A stretch of 64,000 bases of DNA, from assembly GCF_009914755.1 (NCBI RefSeq), contig NC_060944.1; one strand, 5' to 3'. The DNA comes from the human T2T-CHM13v2.0 reference genome, Homo sapiens. The notes under the pieces are model-generated. The model was not told the DNA's origin. It saw only the letters and a program-made list of their open reading frames with translations, and made no database searches. A program made the position numbers and the translations under genes. Within the stretch, counting starts at the first letter, position 1; every line of letters begins with the position of its first letter. Positions 1 to 20,258 of the stretch are shown here, in pieces.

Positions 1-196
1 TAATGAATAGTTTGTGTAGATTTTCCCATGAAACACCCCTGATCTTAGTTGGGTGATTTATAGACCTATGATGTTGGTGGTGATCAGCTAAGCAAACTAG
101 CCAAACAGAAGTAATTTCAAATTAAGTCACTTTTACTTTGTGCTATTACTCATTATTGGATGGTGGGTGAGGGGAAAATACAAAATATATGTCCTA

Positions 197-375
197 GACC
201 AATGTTGTCCAATAGAGCTTTCTATAATGACGGAAATAGCCTATATTGGCTGGTCAGTAAGGTAACCAATAGCCACCAGTGGCTGTTGAGCACTTGAAAT
301 ATGGCTAGTTTGACTGAACTGAATTTTCAATTTTACAGCTAGCTGTGGTTACTGGTTACTATATTTGGCAGCAAA
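197..375. repeat. MER3 hAT element
   Basis: GTCCAATAGAGCTTTC...GAGCACTTGAAATATGGCTAGT. Confidence 0.7.
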
Positions 376-746
376 GTTCAACAATCCTATAGGTCTATCT
401 TAATTACTTTTATAGGAATGAAGAGTATCAGAATTATTTCTCAATTATATATATTTAGTTTTCATTTCTACAGAGAAAGAGGTCAACAAAGTTTTGTGAA
501 CTAAATTGTATAAGTTTCTTTTTTAGGAAAGGACTTCACAGAGAACAAGGCAAAGAATAAGTAATACAACAGCAAATTTCCAAAAAATTCAAGTAGAATC
601 AAACTTTGACTATAGATTTGGTCAAATTAGTGCTAAACAGCCTCTTTAACAACATTATTATTCAACTGATTTATATAATTTGCTTTTTAGTAGTCAAATA
701 CATTGTTTTAAATCTTAATTATTTTTGATTATAAAATACATGCTTA

Positions 747-1083
<337 letters not shown>

Positions 1084-1394
1084 AGGACGTCCACCACACT
1101 TTACCTACCAAAATGCCCATTCCCCAAAGATGATTGCTGTTGAACGATTAGGGTACCTTTCCTGATTTTTTTTGTCTAAGCACATTTAAAAACCAAGACT
1201 TTTGGTTTTGAGCGATAGCTCTGAATCTCCTTTAGGTATGAAGTGTAGGAAATTGTATTTCTGCAGCAAACTTAGGCTTTGCAACATCAAGTGTGGATTC
1301 ACTGGAAATTATTTGAAGTAACACATAGCGATCATAATAGCCAAAAAATGTTGGGAAATGAAAAAGGGTGGGTTTTTTTAATTAAAAAAAAATT

Positions 1395-1686
1395 TTTTTT
1401 TTTAAGAGACAGGTTCTTCGCTCCATCACCCAGGATGGAGTACAGTGGCGCGATCATAGCTCACTGAAGGCTCAAACTCCTGGGCTCAAGCAATCCTGCC
1501 TCAGCCTCCCAAGAAGCTAGGACTACAGGTGTGCACCACCATGCCTAGCTAATGTTTTAATATTTTGTAGAGATGGGGTCTTGCTGTGTTGCCCTGGCTG
1601 GCCTCAAACACCTGGCCTCAAGCAATACAACCACCTCAGCCTCCCACAGTGCTGGGATTACAGGCATGAGCCACCACACCCAGCCA
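1395..1686 (-). repeat. AluJ
   Basis: Full dimeric Alu, reverse orientation. Confidence 0.93.
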
Positions 1687-2065
1687 AAAAAAGGTTTTCT
1701 GAGGAAGTATGATCAGAAGAAAATGGAATGTGCTTGAAAGAGATCTAAAGGGCCATGGAAGTTAAAAGGTTTAACTCTATAGAACAGAACACGAAGTATG
1801 GAAAGGTTCTTTTTAAAAACACTTGTCTTTTGGAACAAAATCCAAATTGTCCCCATGATTTCGTCCTTTGACATTATGTTCATCTTGGTTATCTTAGTCT
1901 TTTCTCAGACTTCACAGACAATTATCTAAAAGCCCCTGGCTAAGTGAATGCTTATGACTGTGGTCACAAATGGATGGCTTGGATTTTATTTGTCTTGCAG
2001 TGTTTGTAAATTTTTTGATGTATACTGTTATTGCCAACTTACATACTCCATATGTATATGGATTG

Positions 2066-2073
2066 TATGTGTA

Positions 2074-2106
<33 letters not shown>
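2066..2106. repeat. (TG)n(TA)n microsatellite
   Basis: Seen directly in the sequence. Confidence 0.95.
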
Positions 2107-2886
2107 TTGCATTCCCCAAATTTAAAAACTACAATTTGGAGATTTTTTTCCACACAAAAAATCAGAAAATTGGCAACACTCTGCCCCATTTCCACATGGC
2201 AACAATTTAGACAGGCCATGAGCTCTCCACATGGCTCTGATCCCACCACTCTTGTCTCAAACAAATCTAGTCAGTTGTACGTATATTATGAAAGGGGTAT
2301 ATTGCTGTGCTTCTCCTTCCTGCCTGACTCCGGAAGACTCCTGTCTCAGTCTCTCTCAACATGTCTGAAGGACTTAGGGGCAAGTGTCAGAGGTGAAGGC
2401 CCTAGTCTGAGTTTAATGTCTGGGGCCAGCTTGAAACAGCAGCTAGTATTTTGAGCTCTAAGCTAACACTCTGGACTTTCAGTCATGTTTTCTTTCCCCA
2501 GTGAAATAGAAAAGTTTGATTTCAAAGAGGAAAAGTGTGCAATACCTGCAACATACATAAAACCTATTTAATTTTACTCAGGAGTGGGAATCAAGAAACC
2601 TGGGTTCTGTTTCTGACTCACTTCGGATAGAGAAGGGTAGTTAAGCTGTCCTTATGTTTCTTATCAAATGAGGAAAATACTGTGGTAGTTCATAGCAATT
2701 TGGGGAGTTTTAGAGTCTATGGAAAATGGAAGTGCTATTTGTAACTTAGATTGAATGTTGAAACTTGTGTTTGTTTTTCAGGCACTTACGGAACTTAACT
2801 GGATGTTCTATGTGTCTAGTAATCAGCTGATAGTAGATATTATTCTACTCCTATATTGGGATGCAAAATAGCAGAAATCATACAGT

Positions 2887-3162
<276 letters not shown>

Positions 3163-3479
3163 CTAGATATTCTAAAATACCTACTGGCGACCCACATAGA
3201 GACGCAAAGGAGCAGAGCCTCCGTGTGAGTTAGAAGCACTTCTTTTGTTTTCAGATCTGTAGGGCTTGATACCACAGTTACTCGTGAAGAGGTGGTATAT
3301 GGTTCAACTAAAACCAGGCCTCTAGGGTTCAGTTCTAGACTTACAGCTTGGGAAGAAATCAAAGTGCAAACTTATATCCAAAGATAGGTGGTATATCTTT
3401 CTCATATGCTATTAGAATTTTTTAGCCTATCTGAAAGACAGCACTGTTTTTACAACCTAAACAGACAGCCCCATGTCTA

Positions 3480-3623
<144 letters not shown>

Positions 3624-3736
3624 TCAGCTAATATATAATGTTACCTCTGATCACCAAAAAGTCAATAAACTACTTAAAAACTCATTTGAGGTAGCCTACA
3701 GAAAGCACGTGCTACCTGCTGTTGAGGTTGATGTGA

Positions 3737-4060
<324 letters not shown>

Positions 4061-4541
4061 TAAAGTGCTGGGATTACAGGCGTGAGCCACCACGCCCAGC
4101 CACTACCCATTTTTCAAGGTAGTTGAAACTTGTACAAACCTTTCCCAATAAACAAAAAATGTGTAATCCATCCACGTTTAGTATGCATCAGTGTCACTTG
4201 GTTGGTGAACATGCAGATTCTCAGGCTCAGACCCAGAGTCTCTGATTCAGAAAGTTGGCATTAAGGCCTAGAATCTGCATTTTAAGGCGTGATCCCTCCT
4301 TCAACCCAGATGACTCTAATGCAAGTGGTCTGTGAACTGTATTTTAAGAAACACTGTATAATACCAGAAATGTACCTTTGTTACCACACACTCCACATTG
4401 CCTTATATTATTCATTTGTGTTGTCTTATGTACATTTCTCTCAATAAATTGTCAGCTCCTTAAAGGCAGGCATGAGTCCTATTGATCTTTGTGTTCCTGG
4501 TGCCCATTACAGTGCCTGGCAAGTAGACACCCAGCTAACTC

Positions 4542-4756
4542 TTAGGTTGGTACAAAAGTAATTGCAGTTTTTGCCATTAAAAGTAAGCAGGAGACAGACA
4601 AGAAATAAACAGGATGTCAGATGCAATGCATAATCCTTGACTAGATCTAGGATTGACTAGATCTAGGTGAAAAGTACTACAGATAATAAGATATAAAGAG
4701 GATAGGAGCCAGTAGAGTGAGTCTCCTTTATTGGCAAAAACCACAGTTATATTTGC
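4542..4756. mobile_element. MADE1 (Hsmar1 MITE) split by a ~145-bp insertion
   Basis: Left arm TTAGGTTGGTACAAAAGTAATTGCAGTTTTTGCCATTAAAAGTAA; right arm TGGCAAAAACCACAGTTATATTTGCA. Confidence 0.85.
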
Positions 4757-4774
4757 AGAGAGCAGTCTCCCTCA

Positions 4775-5254
<480 letters not shown>

Positions 5255-7069
5255 CTAGATTCATTAATTTTGTCACATTTCACCCGTACTTTAGCATGTA
5301 TCTCCTGAGAAAGCCACTCCCTTAACCATGGTACCACTATTACACCCAATAAATTTCACATTGATACAGCAATATTATCTGTATTCATTTTTCCCCAACT
5401 GTACCAAAAATGTCCTTTAAAACATTCTGCAATCCTAGATCTAGTCAAGGATTATGCATTGCATTTTATTTTCATGGCTCTTCAGTCACTTTAAAATTTT
5501 TTTGTTTTAAATGACATTAACATTGTTTAAGAGTGTAGGCCAGTTGTCTTGTACATTATCCTCTAAATAGGATTGTCTGTTTCCTCCTAACTAGACTGAG
5601 GTAAACATTTCTGGCAAGCATACTGCATAGGTGATGCTGTGTCCTTCCCATGCCATTACATCAGGGGACACATGATGCCAGTCTATTATTGGTGAGATTA
5701 AGTTTGATCATTTGCTTAAAGTGATATCCACCTGATTTCTCCATTGGAAAGGCACGATTTCCCTTTCATGATTAGAGTCATCTGTAGGGTAGTCCTCTAT
5801 GATTTTGTCAATAGGAAATTCTACAACCTTAACCCAATCGTTTTGGCATCCATTTTTCTCCTTGCCTCCCTTAACTTTAGAAGTCAATTCTTAGAAGGTT
5901 GCTAAGAATCCTGCAGTGAGTTCAAGGATCTTTAAAAGCAGGCACACCTTTACTAATCAATGGCTTGAGAAAAATGCAGTTGGCCTTGAGTTGGAACAGA
6001 ATTCAATAATACAAGGAGCTCTTCCTTTTCCAGACAACCCCTGGCAGCATATAACATTCTTACACTGGGAGTGTACCATAATTTTGTGGTTCCATCCTGA
6101 AATACTCTTGTAACTTTAATCAGTGTGGCTGAAAGGTTATGAAATTTGGCAAGATTCCCTGACATGCAATTCATGTGACAGCCTAAGTGACTGCTTGGGA
6201 CAAATAAAAACTATTATCCTTTGTCATTTTGCCTAGCAAATATGAAAGAAACTCAACCCTTATAGGCTAAACTTAGCTTATTCAGCCAGCTAAGTCCCTA
6301 CCCACTAGGCCTTATAAGGCTAAAAGGGGAGATGTAATATTCTAATGAGAGCAGTAGGGATGTGCATACGAATCCTAAGGACTGGGGATTCGCAGGTGAG
6401 TAACACTGCAGACACAATCTACCATATGCCAGGCTCTCTTCTAGGCAATGGGGTTTCAGTGCCAGAGTGAACAAAGCCCTGCCTTCATGGAGTCTACATT
6501 CTATTGGCAGGAGACAGACAAGAAATAAACAGGATGTCAGATGGTAAAAAGTGCTGCAGATAATAAGATATAAAAGAGATAGGAGCCAGTAGAGTGAGGA
6601 AGCCATTTCATATGGAGTGATTAGAGAAGGCTTCACCAAAAGGGGACATTTGAGCAGACACTTCAAGGGGAATAGAAAGCCATGCAGTGTCTAGGGCCAG
6701 AGTATCCCAGGTAGAAGGATGAGAGCAGGCTAAGATGTGCATGTACTTGGCATGTTCCAGGAACTGCAATGAGGTCAGTAAACCTGGCTGGGAGGAGAGA
6801 AGGAGAGTCTGTAGAGACAGAATCAGAGCTGACTGATGGGAAGCTACTGGGGTTTGCAGCCACTTATGCTTTAAAAGGATCACTGCATCTCAATAAGAGC
6901 AGATTTTTTGTTTTCTTTCAATCCACTAGCAAAACCAGGAAGGAATTAGGACAGATTATGTTACCACTTTAGAGGTCAGCACTGTTTCCTCTGCAACAGA
7001 AATTTAAGATATACGCAAGGTATTTCTCAAGCAAGCATGACTGGAGCCCACAAAGGGGATAGCAGTTTA

Positions 7070-7189
<120 letters not shown>

Positions 7190-7594
7190 TTAAGGTTCAG
7201 GGTAAAGAAAAAGTCTGTCATTTGATAGTGGCAGTCTGAATCCAACGCTGCCCCACCTTTCAAACAGGCAACTATTCAGCAGTTCACAACTTTTAAAACT
7301 GCAGGACCACAGCAGGAGACCAGACTGTATTAACAAAACCAAAGATTTATGTATTACTACTTGAAAGATCCAAGTCCACAGTTTTGGTAACTAGTTTTTC
7401 TTTTCTCTTTTTTTTTTTTTTTTTTGGTTTACCATGTTCTTGTAAGAAAATACTAAGGAAATAATAAAATATAACTCTGAAATTTTAATGTAAACTTTCA
7501 AACTTGAAAAAAAAAGCTAATGGTCAGGTGCAGTGGTTCACACCTATAATCCCAACACTTTGGGAGGCTGAGGTGGACAGATCATTTGAGGTCA

Positions 7595-7837
<243 letters not shown>

Positions 7838-8117
7838 CTAAAATTCACATTTATTCATTCTTTCCAAAAAGGGGATTCCTGAGACAAGTCATAGGCATAC
7901 CCAGAACAAAAGTAGCAATATGACATTTTTAAACATTAGGACCTCAAATAGATGCTGTAAAGTTTTATACCTATGCCTCAAGTATAATACCCACAAATTC
8001 TGCCTGAAAATATTTGTAGACATATAGAAGGGAAAAATCAAGTTGGTGCAAAGTTGAAAATTAAATTTTACCATGCCCAGGTGCTTTCCTAATCCTTACT
8101 AGAATTTTCTATGGCTT

Positions 8118-8708
8118 ACCCCATCCGGGAGGTGAGGGGCGCCTCTGCCCGGCCGCCCCTACTGGGAAGTGAGGAGCCCCTCTGCCCGGCCACCACCCCG
8201 TCTGGGAGGTGTACCCAACAGCTCATTGAGAACGGGCCATGATGACAATGGCAGTTTTGTGGAATAGAAAGGGGGGAAAGGTGGGGAAAAGATTGAGAAA
8301 TCGGATGGTTGCCGTGTCTGTGTAGAAAGAGGTAGACATGGGAGACTTTTCATTTTGTTCTGTACTAAGAAAAATTCTTCTGCCTTGGGATCCTGTTGAT
8401 CTGTGACCTTACCCCCAACCCTGTGCTCTCTGAAACATGTGCTGTGTCCACTCAGGGTTAAATGGATTAAGGGCGGTGCAAGATGTGCTTTGTTAAACAG
8501 ATGCTTGAAGGCAGCATGCTCGTTAAGAGTCATCACCACTCCCTAATCTCAAGTACCCAGGGACGCAAACACTGCGGAAGGCCGCAGGGTCCTCTGCCTA
8601 GGAAAACCAGAGACCGTTGTTCACTTGTTTATCTGCTGACCTTCCCTCCACTATTGTCCTGTGACCCTGCCAAATCCCCCTCTGCGAGAAACACCCAAGA
8701 ATGATCAA

Positions 8709-8747
<39 letters not shown>

Positions 8748-8787
8748 AAATGACAAATTCACAGAATTGAAAAAAAAAAAAAAAAAA
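8118..8787 (+). mobile_element. 5'-truncated SVA (VNTR end + SINE-R + tail) in RBBP9 intron 2
   Basis: SVA VNTR/SINE-R sequence; 17-bp TSD AGAATTTTCTATGGCTT at 8101-8117 and 8788-8804. Confidence 0.95.
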
Positions 8788-8963
8788 AGAATTTTCTATG
8801 GCTTTTGGTTCACACCCTCCTCCCCAAGCTGCTTGCCTTATTCTTTCTTAGGTATATAGGCATCTTTGGTTCCTCCACTATGATATTCTTGTTCTCTACC
8901 ACAAAAATGGTAATATCAAAACCCAACAAGATGAGGCTATTTAAAAACAAGTTTAAAACTTAC

Positions 8964-9006
8964 TTGGGTCGGGCATGTTTTTAGCCAAACACTGGAAACC
9001 AGGTAT
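8964..9006 (-). CDS. RBBP9: RBBP9 exon 2 (IPGFQCLAKNMPDP)
   Basis: 43 nt, AG/GTAAGT flanked, in phase with exons 1 and 3. Confidence 0.96.
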
Positions 9007-10099
9007 CTATGATATGAGGGGGGAGAAAAAGCTATAATAAAGAGCTTAATTACAACTAATACTTTGCTAATAAGAAATGAGGCACCTGATATGATCGTTA
9101 CCAATTCAGTATTAACTTGTGTTATGAAATGAAGTAGGTTAAGTGACCATCTTTTCGCATGAACTCCATCTGTAGTTCTGTATCTAGGCAGCTCTGCTGA
9201 TCTCTATAGAGAGACCTATATCTGCATTTGTACACCCATATTTGCCTCTACAGGCCTGCATCTATAGAGAGGCATGAACAAATGTGTTCTAGACAGACTG
9301 ACCTGGAGCCAAATAGACTGTGTGCCAGGGAGTAGGTAAAACGTGGCACAGGAACGTGATACAGAAATTTGGAGACAGCATACTCTCAGAAGCTCCAGCC
9401 CTGACCTTTGGGGTTGTAACTCTGACCAGGGTTTTCAGCCACAGCGCTGCAATCTATTCTGGAGACCCGCTCTAGAGGACAGCAACCCAGGGAGCCGACT
9501 TACCGCCTGGTTACAGAAGAGGGTTAAAAAATAAAAATCAAACGGCACAGGTCAGCCTACAGTAAGATGCCACTTTTATAAAGCTCACCAAGAAGCCAAA
9601 TAGAACAGTCTGTTGTTTAAAAGGTATATTCATAGGTTGAAAAGTACTTCAATTTTAAAAAGAGAAGCAGATGAAAAAATTCAGGATGGCACGGGACTGA
9701 GATGGGTAGACATAAGGGTCGTTTGGAAGATGATGTATAGGCAATGTCCCAGGTTTTGGTTTGGTAATTCATTACATTATGCCTCATAATGTAGACGCAT
9801 GTTACGTATATCCTTTGTATATATTAAGTATAGCATATTTAATTTTTTAAAAGCTGAAGCGGGAAGCAGTGAACATGTAAAATTATCTGGGAAGTCCCAA
9901 ATCTGAACCAGCAGCAGATACGGGGGGCGGGGCTCAGGGGCTCAGCCTCGGTAGTTCAAAGGGGTTCCTTTAACTCTAAAGGCTGAGCCCTCAGAGAAGT
10001 CTTCCAGGCAGTTTTACCAGTCAAAATTCGACCACTAGCTCAGACTTTAAGAGAAGGCAGCGGGGGAGAGGCAGGAAAACACACAGGGCTTTGCTAGAG

Positions 10100-10518
<419 letters not shown>

Positions 10519-10559
10519 TTACTAGTGCTCTCATGTTTTTCCCTTATTTAAGACAGGCT

Positions 10560-13600
<3,041 letters not shown>

Positions 13601-14359
13601 AAAGGGACATGAAACTTTTGGGGGTGATATATATGTTTATTATCTCGACTGTGGTGATGGGTGTCAAAACTTAATAAATTGTACATTTTAAATATGTGCA
13701 GCTTAAGGTACATCAATTATACCTCAATATAACTCTTTCAAATTTAAAAATAGTAATCCCAGCATTTTGGGAGGCTAAAGCGGGAGGATTGCTTGAGCCC
13801 AGGAGTTTGAGACTAGCCTGGGCAACATGGCAAGACTCCATGTCTTCAAAAATTTTTTAAATTAGCCAGGCACGGTGGTGTACACCTGTAGTCCCAGCTA
13901 CTCAGCAGGCTAAGGTAGAATGATCACTTGAGCATGGGAGACTGCAGTGAGCTATGATCATGCCACTGCACTCTAGCGTGGGTGACACAGTGAGACTCTG
14001 TCTCAAAAAAAAAAAAAGGAATAAAATGTCAACATAAAACAAGCAGAGACATTCCTATAACCAACTGGTTGTTTGCTTAGTAGTTTTTAGTTCAAGAAGC
14101 AGTGATACTCCCTAAACAGGAACTGGGGGCTGAAAAAGGATCTAGCAATCTAGCTTCCCTTAAGATTTAGTTAGCTCATTCTTCTAGAAGGAGAAAAAAG
14201 GCAGTGACATTAACTCTCATCTTAGGTTGTTTATGCCAATAATAATTGAGAAGATTATAATTACATATATCCGTTTTGTTTTCTACTTTTTATCTCTTGT
14301 ACAAACAATTTCTGAGCTTATCATTATCACAGAAGAAACAGTTTTAGTTTCAAAGCTAA

Positions 14360-14585
<226 letters not shown>

Positions 14586-14786
14586 TAGCCTGGATGGTCT
14601 CGATCTCCTGACCTCGTGATCCACCCGTCTCAGCCTCCCAAAGTGCTGGGATTACAGGCATGAGCCACTGCTCCCGGCCATTTTTGTGAATTTTTAAAAA
14701 TCTGAAAATGCACCTTTATATTTGGTACCTCATTTGCTAATATTGAAGAAGTTGTTCTCAAGAACTTGCTGAGACAGTTTGACTCT

Positions 14787-14934
14787 TTCTAAAGGGATCA
14801 CCCACCCTCCACTGAGGCCCTCCTTCTAAAGGGATCACCCACCCTCCACTGAGGCCCTCCTTCTAAAGGGATCTTCCACCCTCCACTGAGGCCCTCCTTC
14901 TAAAGGGATCACCCTCCCTCCACTGAGGCCCTCC
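14787..14934 (+). repeat. Minisatellite, 4 x 37 bp (TTCTAAAGGGATCACCCACCCTCCACTGAGGCCCTCC)
   Basis: Units start at 14787, 14824, 14861 and 14898. Confidence 0.95.
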
Positions 14935-16274
14935 TGCTGAATAATCTTCCTCTGCCTGGATTTTTCTTTTCAGGTCAGGATGTTTTCTGTGGGAAGTTTG
15001 TCTCTAAGTCTTCAAACTCACGGTCTAAATCTATTCTCCTCTCTTCTGTGGTTACTTTTCCTTTCTGCCACTGCTTTTGTTTACTTGTTTGTTTGAATTT
15101 TGGTTTTGCCACCTTGAGGAGAAAGGAGGTCAATGGAAGCCTTCTTCAAAGTCTTGAAGCACACATGGCAGCTCCTGGGAAAGGAAGGGAGGTGAAGAGG
15201 CTGTTCTTGGCAGAGAGGAAGGCATGCAAAAGGGCACTGAAACAACAAACAGCACATGTGGGCTGGGAAGGACAGTGGTTCATTACTGGAGGATTGAGAT
15301 CTGTAGATCATTGAGGCCCGTGAGTAGCACAGGGGCCCCTACTGTATCCTGTGAATGATGGGAAAATTATGTAAGGTTTTAAGCAAGAGAATAGTAGGGT
15401 CAGATATGTGATTTAGAGAAGTCTATCCAGCAACCAATGTGATTTTTAGATCGGGCAAAATTTGGGCAAAACAATCATTCGAGAGACTGTTGCAGGAATC
15501 CAATCAGAGGATGAGTGCCTGAACTAAGCAAGTAGATGAAATTGAGAAATATTTAGAGTAACAAATTAACAAGACCAAGTGATTCAGTGTCACCTTCAAG
15601 GTGGAGGTGTTAGAAATAAGGAGGAGCCAAGGATAACTTCCTACTTTATAGACTCAGTAACTGGGAGAAGAATGGCATCTTCAAGTGAAGATGTACAAGA
15701 GGCAGAAGGTTCACTGGGAGCCAGGGGGATGATGGATTCAGTTTAGGACATATTAAGATCGAGATGTGCAAGCATACCCAGTGATATCTGCAGGACATTT
15801 CTCCAGACGGCCTTGGACTGGCCCAGTTCTCCCCACTTTCTTGCTCATAGTTCTGAAGAATAATTCCGATGTGCTGGGAATATAGTATTCTGAGATAAGG
15901 AGGAAATAGCCAGAACAGCCCAGGCTGTGTTCTAGCCTCACTAAAAACAAGATGTCCTTCAATGCTTTTACGGCTTTTCCCAGCTAGAATACAAGTGGGC
16001 ATGCACAGACGAGACTCGATCTGCACCGTGTGGCTTTCCTGAGTCTTGAGAGACCAGCTCATCTTGAATCCTAGGTTTCTGCTGTCCCTTGCTGCTTCTC
16101 TGTGAGTAATAAATCCACTTCATGTAACTTGTGTATGTGAGTGTTCTGGCTCACCAGACTCGGGCAGGTAGTAGAAGTACAGCCCAAGATGCAGTGAACT
16201 GAATTGGTAACCAGTGCACAGTAAACACACTTTGAAGAACCCAGCAGGTTGCTGAATATTTGAATCGGATGTTA

Positions 16275-16418
<144 letters not shown>

Positions 16419-16763
16419 CTACTAAAAACACAAAAATTAGCCAGGTGTGGTGGCCTGCGCCTGTAATCCCAGCCACTCACGAGACTGAGGCAGGAGAATC
16501 GCTTGAACCCAGGGGCAGAGGTTGCAGTGAGCCAAGATCGTGCCACTGCACTCCAGCTTGGGCAACAGAGAGAGACTCCATCTCAAAATAATAATAATAA
16601 AATAAAATAAATAAAAGAATTTAGACTCAGGCTACAGATGATGATAATATGTCAGAAAAATTATGAAAGATTTTGAAATAGTCAAAAGAGGTTACTGGGT
16701 GAACTTTCTGTGGAGTGCTGTGCATTTTTAAAAGACTCTCTGGGGGCCGGGAGTGGTGGCTCA

Positions 16764-17085
<322 letters not shown>

Positions 17086-17633
17086 CTATTTTACAACTCT
17101 GTAGAGATAGAAATTAACTTATAGAAGATAGTAATGCAAATGTTCCCTGCCCACAACAATGAAAACTATTCCTGTCCACAGCAATGCAAATCAATTTTGT
17201 GTGATAGAGAATATGTCAGTATAAATCAAATTCTCCTTAGAACCAGTCTGAACATCCCTCCTGGTCGTAGGGATTAATTAAAATCAATGAATGAGTTAAG
17301 TAAGATCTTTGGCACATGTTCATTTTATATTTGCATGAAGGCCATAATTTTACCTTTTGAAACACTTTAACAGTTTTGAAGCTTTCACCAACATCCCAAT
17401 GGATTCACCTGACAGAACCAGGTAAACCACATTACTGAAGAACACCCCATGGGGCTAAGCCCAAGCACATTTTTTCCTGGCTCCGGGAGTGAATACCAAG
17501 TAGCAATAGTACTACAGCGTTGCTGACTTTCTCCCTAGGTTTCTTTCTCCTCCTTACTGATTTTGGGTTTTGTTTCTGATTCGCCCACAGCTGGCGGATT
17601 TTTCCCCATGAATGGCGACACCAATTAGGAACT

Positions 17634-18208
<575 letters not shown>

Positions 18209-18685
18209 TGATCTCTTTAAGTGAATTAATAGTTTTTAGAGATCTATTCTCTTTTGGATAAGAGATGATGAAAAATCTGGTTTGTTAGTCTTTTTGTTTG
18301 TTTGCCTTTTTGTCTACTTATGAGTTCAAATCAGTTAAGACTTCCATGCCCATTGGGAAGGAGAACAGCTTTTTGTTATCTAGTCCACTGAATTTTTATG
18401 TTTCTGAATTTACTTTCGACCTGTGGCCAAAGTTGTAGAACCAAAGCTATATGCTATGTGTCTATGTGTCTTCCCGGCTGTAATCAACAAAGGCCTTCCC
18501 CTCTTGTTGTGGGAGTAAAAAAATCTTACTACCTTTGTAAAGTTTTAATAAGTTATATTATTTCATGTCTTAAAGGAGCTCTGTTATAATTCACTTATGG
18601 AAACAAACACATGTAAATCAATTATTTCTAAAATTCCAGAAAATAAGTAAATTAAACTTATGCATGCAAAATTTCTTAAAAATGC

Positions 18686-19390
18686 TGAAACCATCCTGAC
18701 AGGGTTAACAAGATTACAAGCCAGCCTTTAGGCAGGTTAGTTAGGCACTGACCAGGGTGCATTGGTGCCCTTCAATTCACTTCCCTGCAGCTGCTAACTA
18801 ACCAAAAGCCTTGCAGCACACTGATCACCTACTCCCTGATTGCTCCTATCCACAGAATCTCTGACACTAGCTCTTTGTACCCAGGAATTGCTTAAGGTAT
18901 TTTTCAGATCCTGAATTCCCACAAAACAGCTGATGCCAAACTGTCTAGGGATCCCCACCAGGAAGGGCACAGTGGCTCACGCCTGTAATCTTAGCACTTT
19001 GGGAGGCCAAGGTGAGAGGATCGCCTGAAGCCCGGAGTTTGAGACTAGCCTGGGCAACAAAGTGAGACCCTGCTTTACAAAAAAAAAATTTTTTTAAATA
19101 AATAAATAAAGACCTCCACCAAGAAACAACACTGGAATGAAGTTTCTTCATCTCCCTGTCCCATGACTTCACCTCTCACTTCCTGACCAATCAGAAATCC
19201 CCACACTTTAGCCCATTGCCCCTCCAGACTTCTTAAAAATGCCATCTCTAATCTCTTGGGGAGGTGGATTTGAGGATTGCTCTTGTCTCCTCATTTGGCT
19301 GCCACTTGATTATGGAACTCTTTATCTGCTGCAACTCCTATTCTTTCTGTTACCGCACAATGGACAATCGAACCTGATGGTCCTATAACA
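18686..19390 (+). repeat. ERV1-type solo LTR with an inserted Alu monomer
   Basis: TG...CA bounded; CCAAT, TATA-like and U5-like segments; subfamily uncertain. Confidence 0.5.
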
Positions 19391-19949
19391 ATCTTTCTTA
19401 CAGAAATTGCTAGTACAGAAAGAATCCAGGTTCAAATAATCAAGGCAAATCTTTGGCGAATAATATTAAGTTTTGGTTAAAAAAAATCCCAGCTATGTCT
19501 TTTCTCAGTGTTAAGTATTATACATGTGTACATTTTGAGTTTGTTTCCTTACCGAGAATAATTAATCTGAACTTCCTAAATTTATAAAAGTTTACTATTG
19601 ATAAGCTAATATTAACATTACATTGTTTAAGATCCTGAAAAATGTGAATTTGTTCAACAAAACTGAATCATTCTCACATTTAACAGTAATTGTTTCTTTG
19701 TGCCTTAAACTATTAATAATTTCTATGATCTGTAGATAACTTAAAACTTAGTATTAAATTGAGCTGATTAATGGATACTTCTTGGATGCCTAGATATGTT
19801 CTTGCATAATTTTATGTTTACATCGTTTTGCTTATTTTTATATGCTACAGAGACTACAACTCTGAGTCACAGTAATGATGTGTTCATGTTTGCCACTTGT
19901 CAGCGTGTGTAAAAACGGTTGTGGTGGCTTTATACAGTTGTGTTCTATC

Positions 19950-20258
19950 GCGCCTTTTGCAGCAACATGGATGCATCTGGAGGCCATGATCCTAAAAGAA
20001 TTAACGCAGAAGCAGAAAACCAAATACATGTTCTCACTTGAAAGTGGGAGCTAAGCATTGGGCACACATGGACACAAAGGTGACATTAATAGACGCTGGG
20101 GACTACTAGAGTGGGGAGGGAGGCAGGGAGGGGCTGAAAAACTTGGGTACTATGCTCAGTATCTGGGTGACCAGCTCATTCGAATTCGAAACCTCATAGC
20201 CAGGTAACAAATACGCAGTGTACCCCCTAAATCTAAACGTTGGAATTATTTTTTAAAA
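19950..20258 (+). repeat. Older L1 3' end fragment
   Basis: L1 3' UTR-like sequence (GCAGCAACATGGATG...ATGTTCTCACTT...GTGGGAGCTAAGC). Confidence 0.75.

Noticed and set aside
14787-14934. CRISPR-like array
   Set aside because: Contiguous tandem units without unique spacers, in a eukaryotic context.
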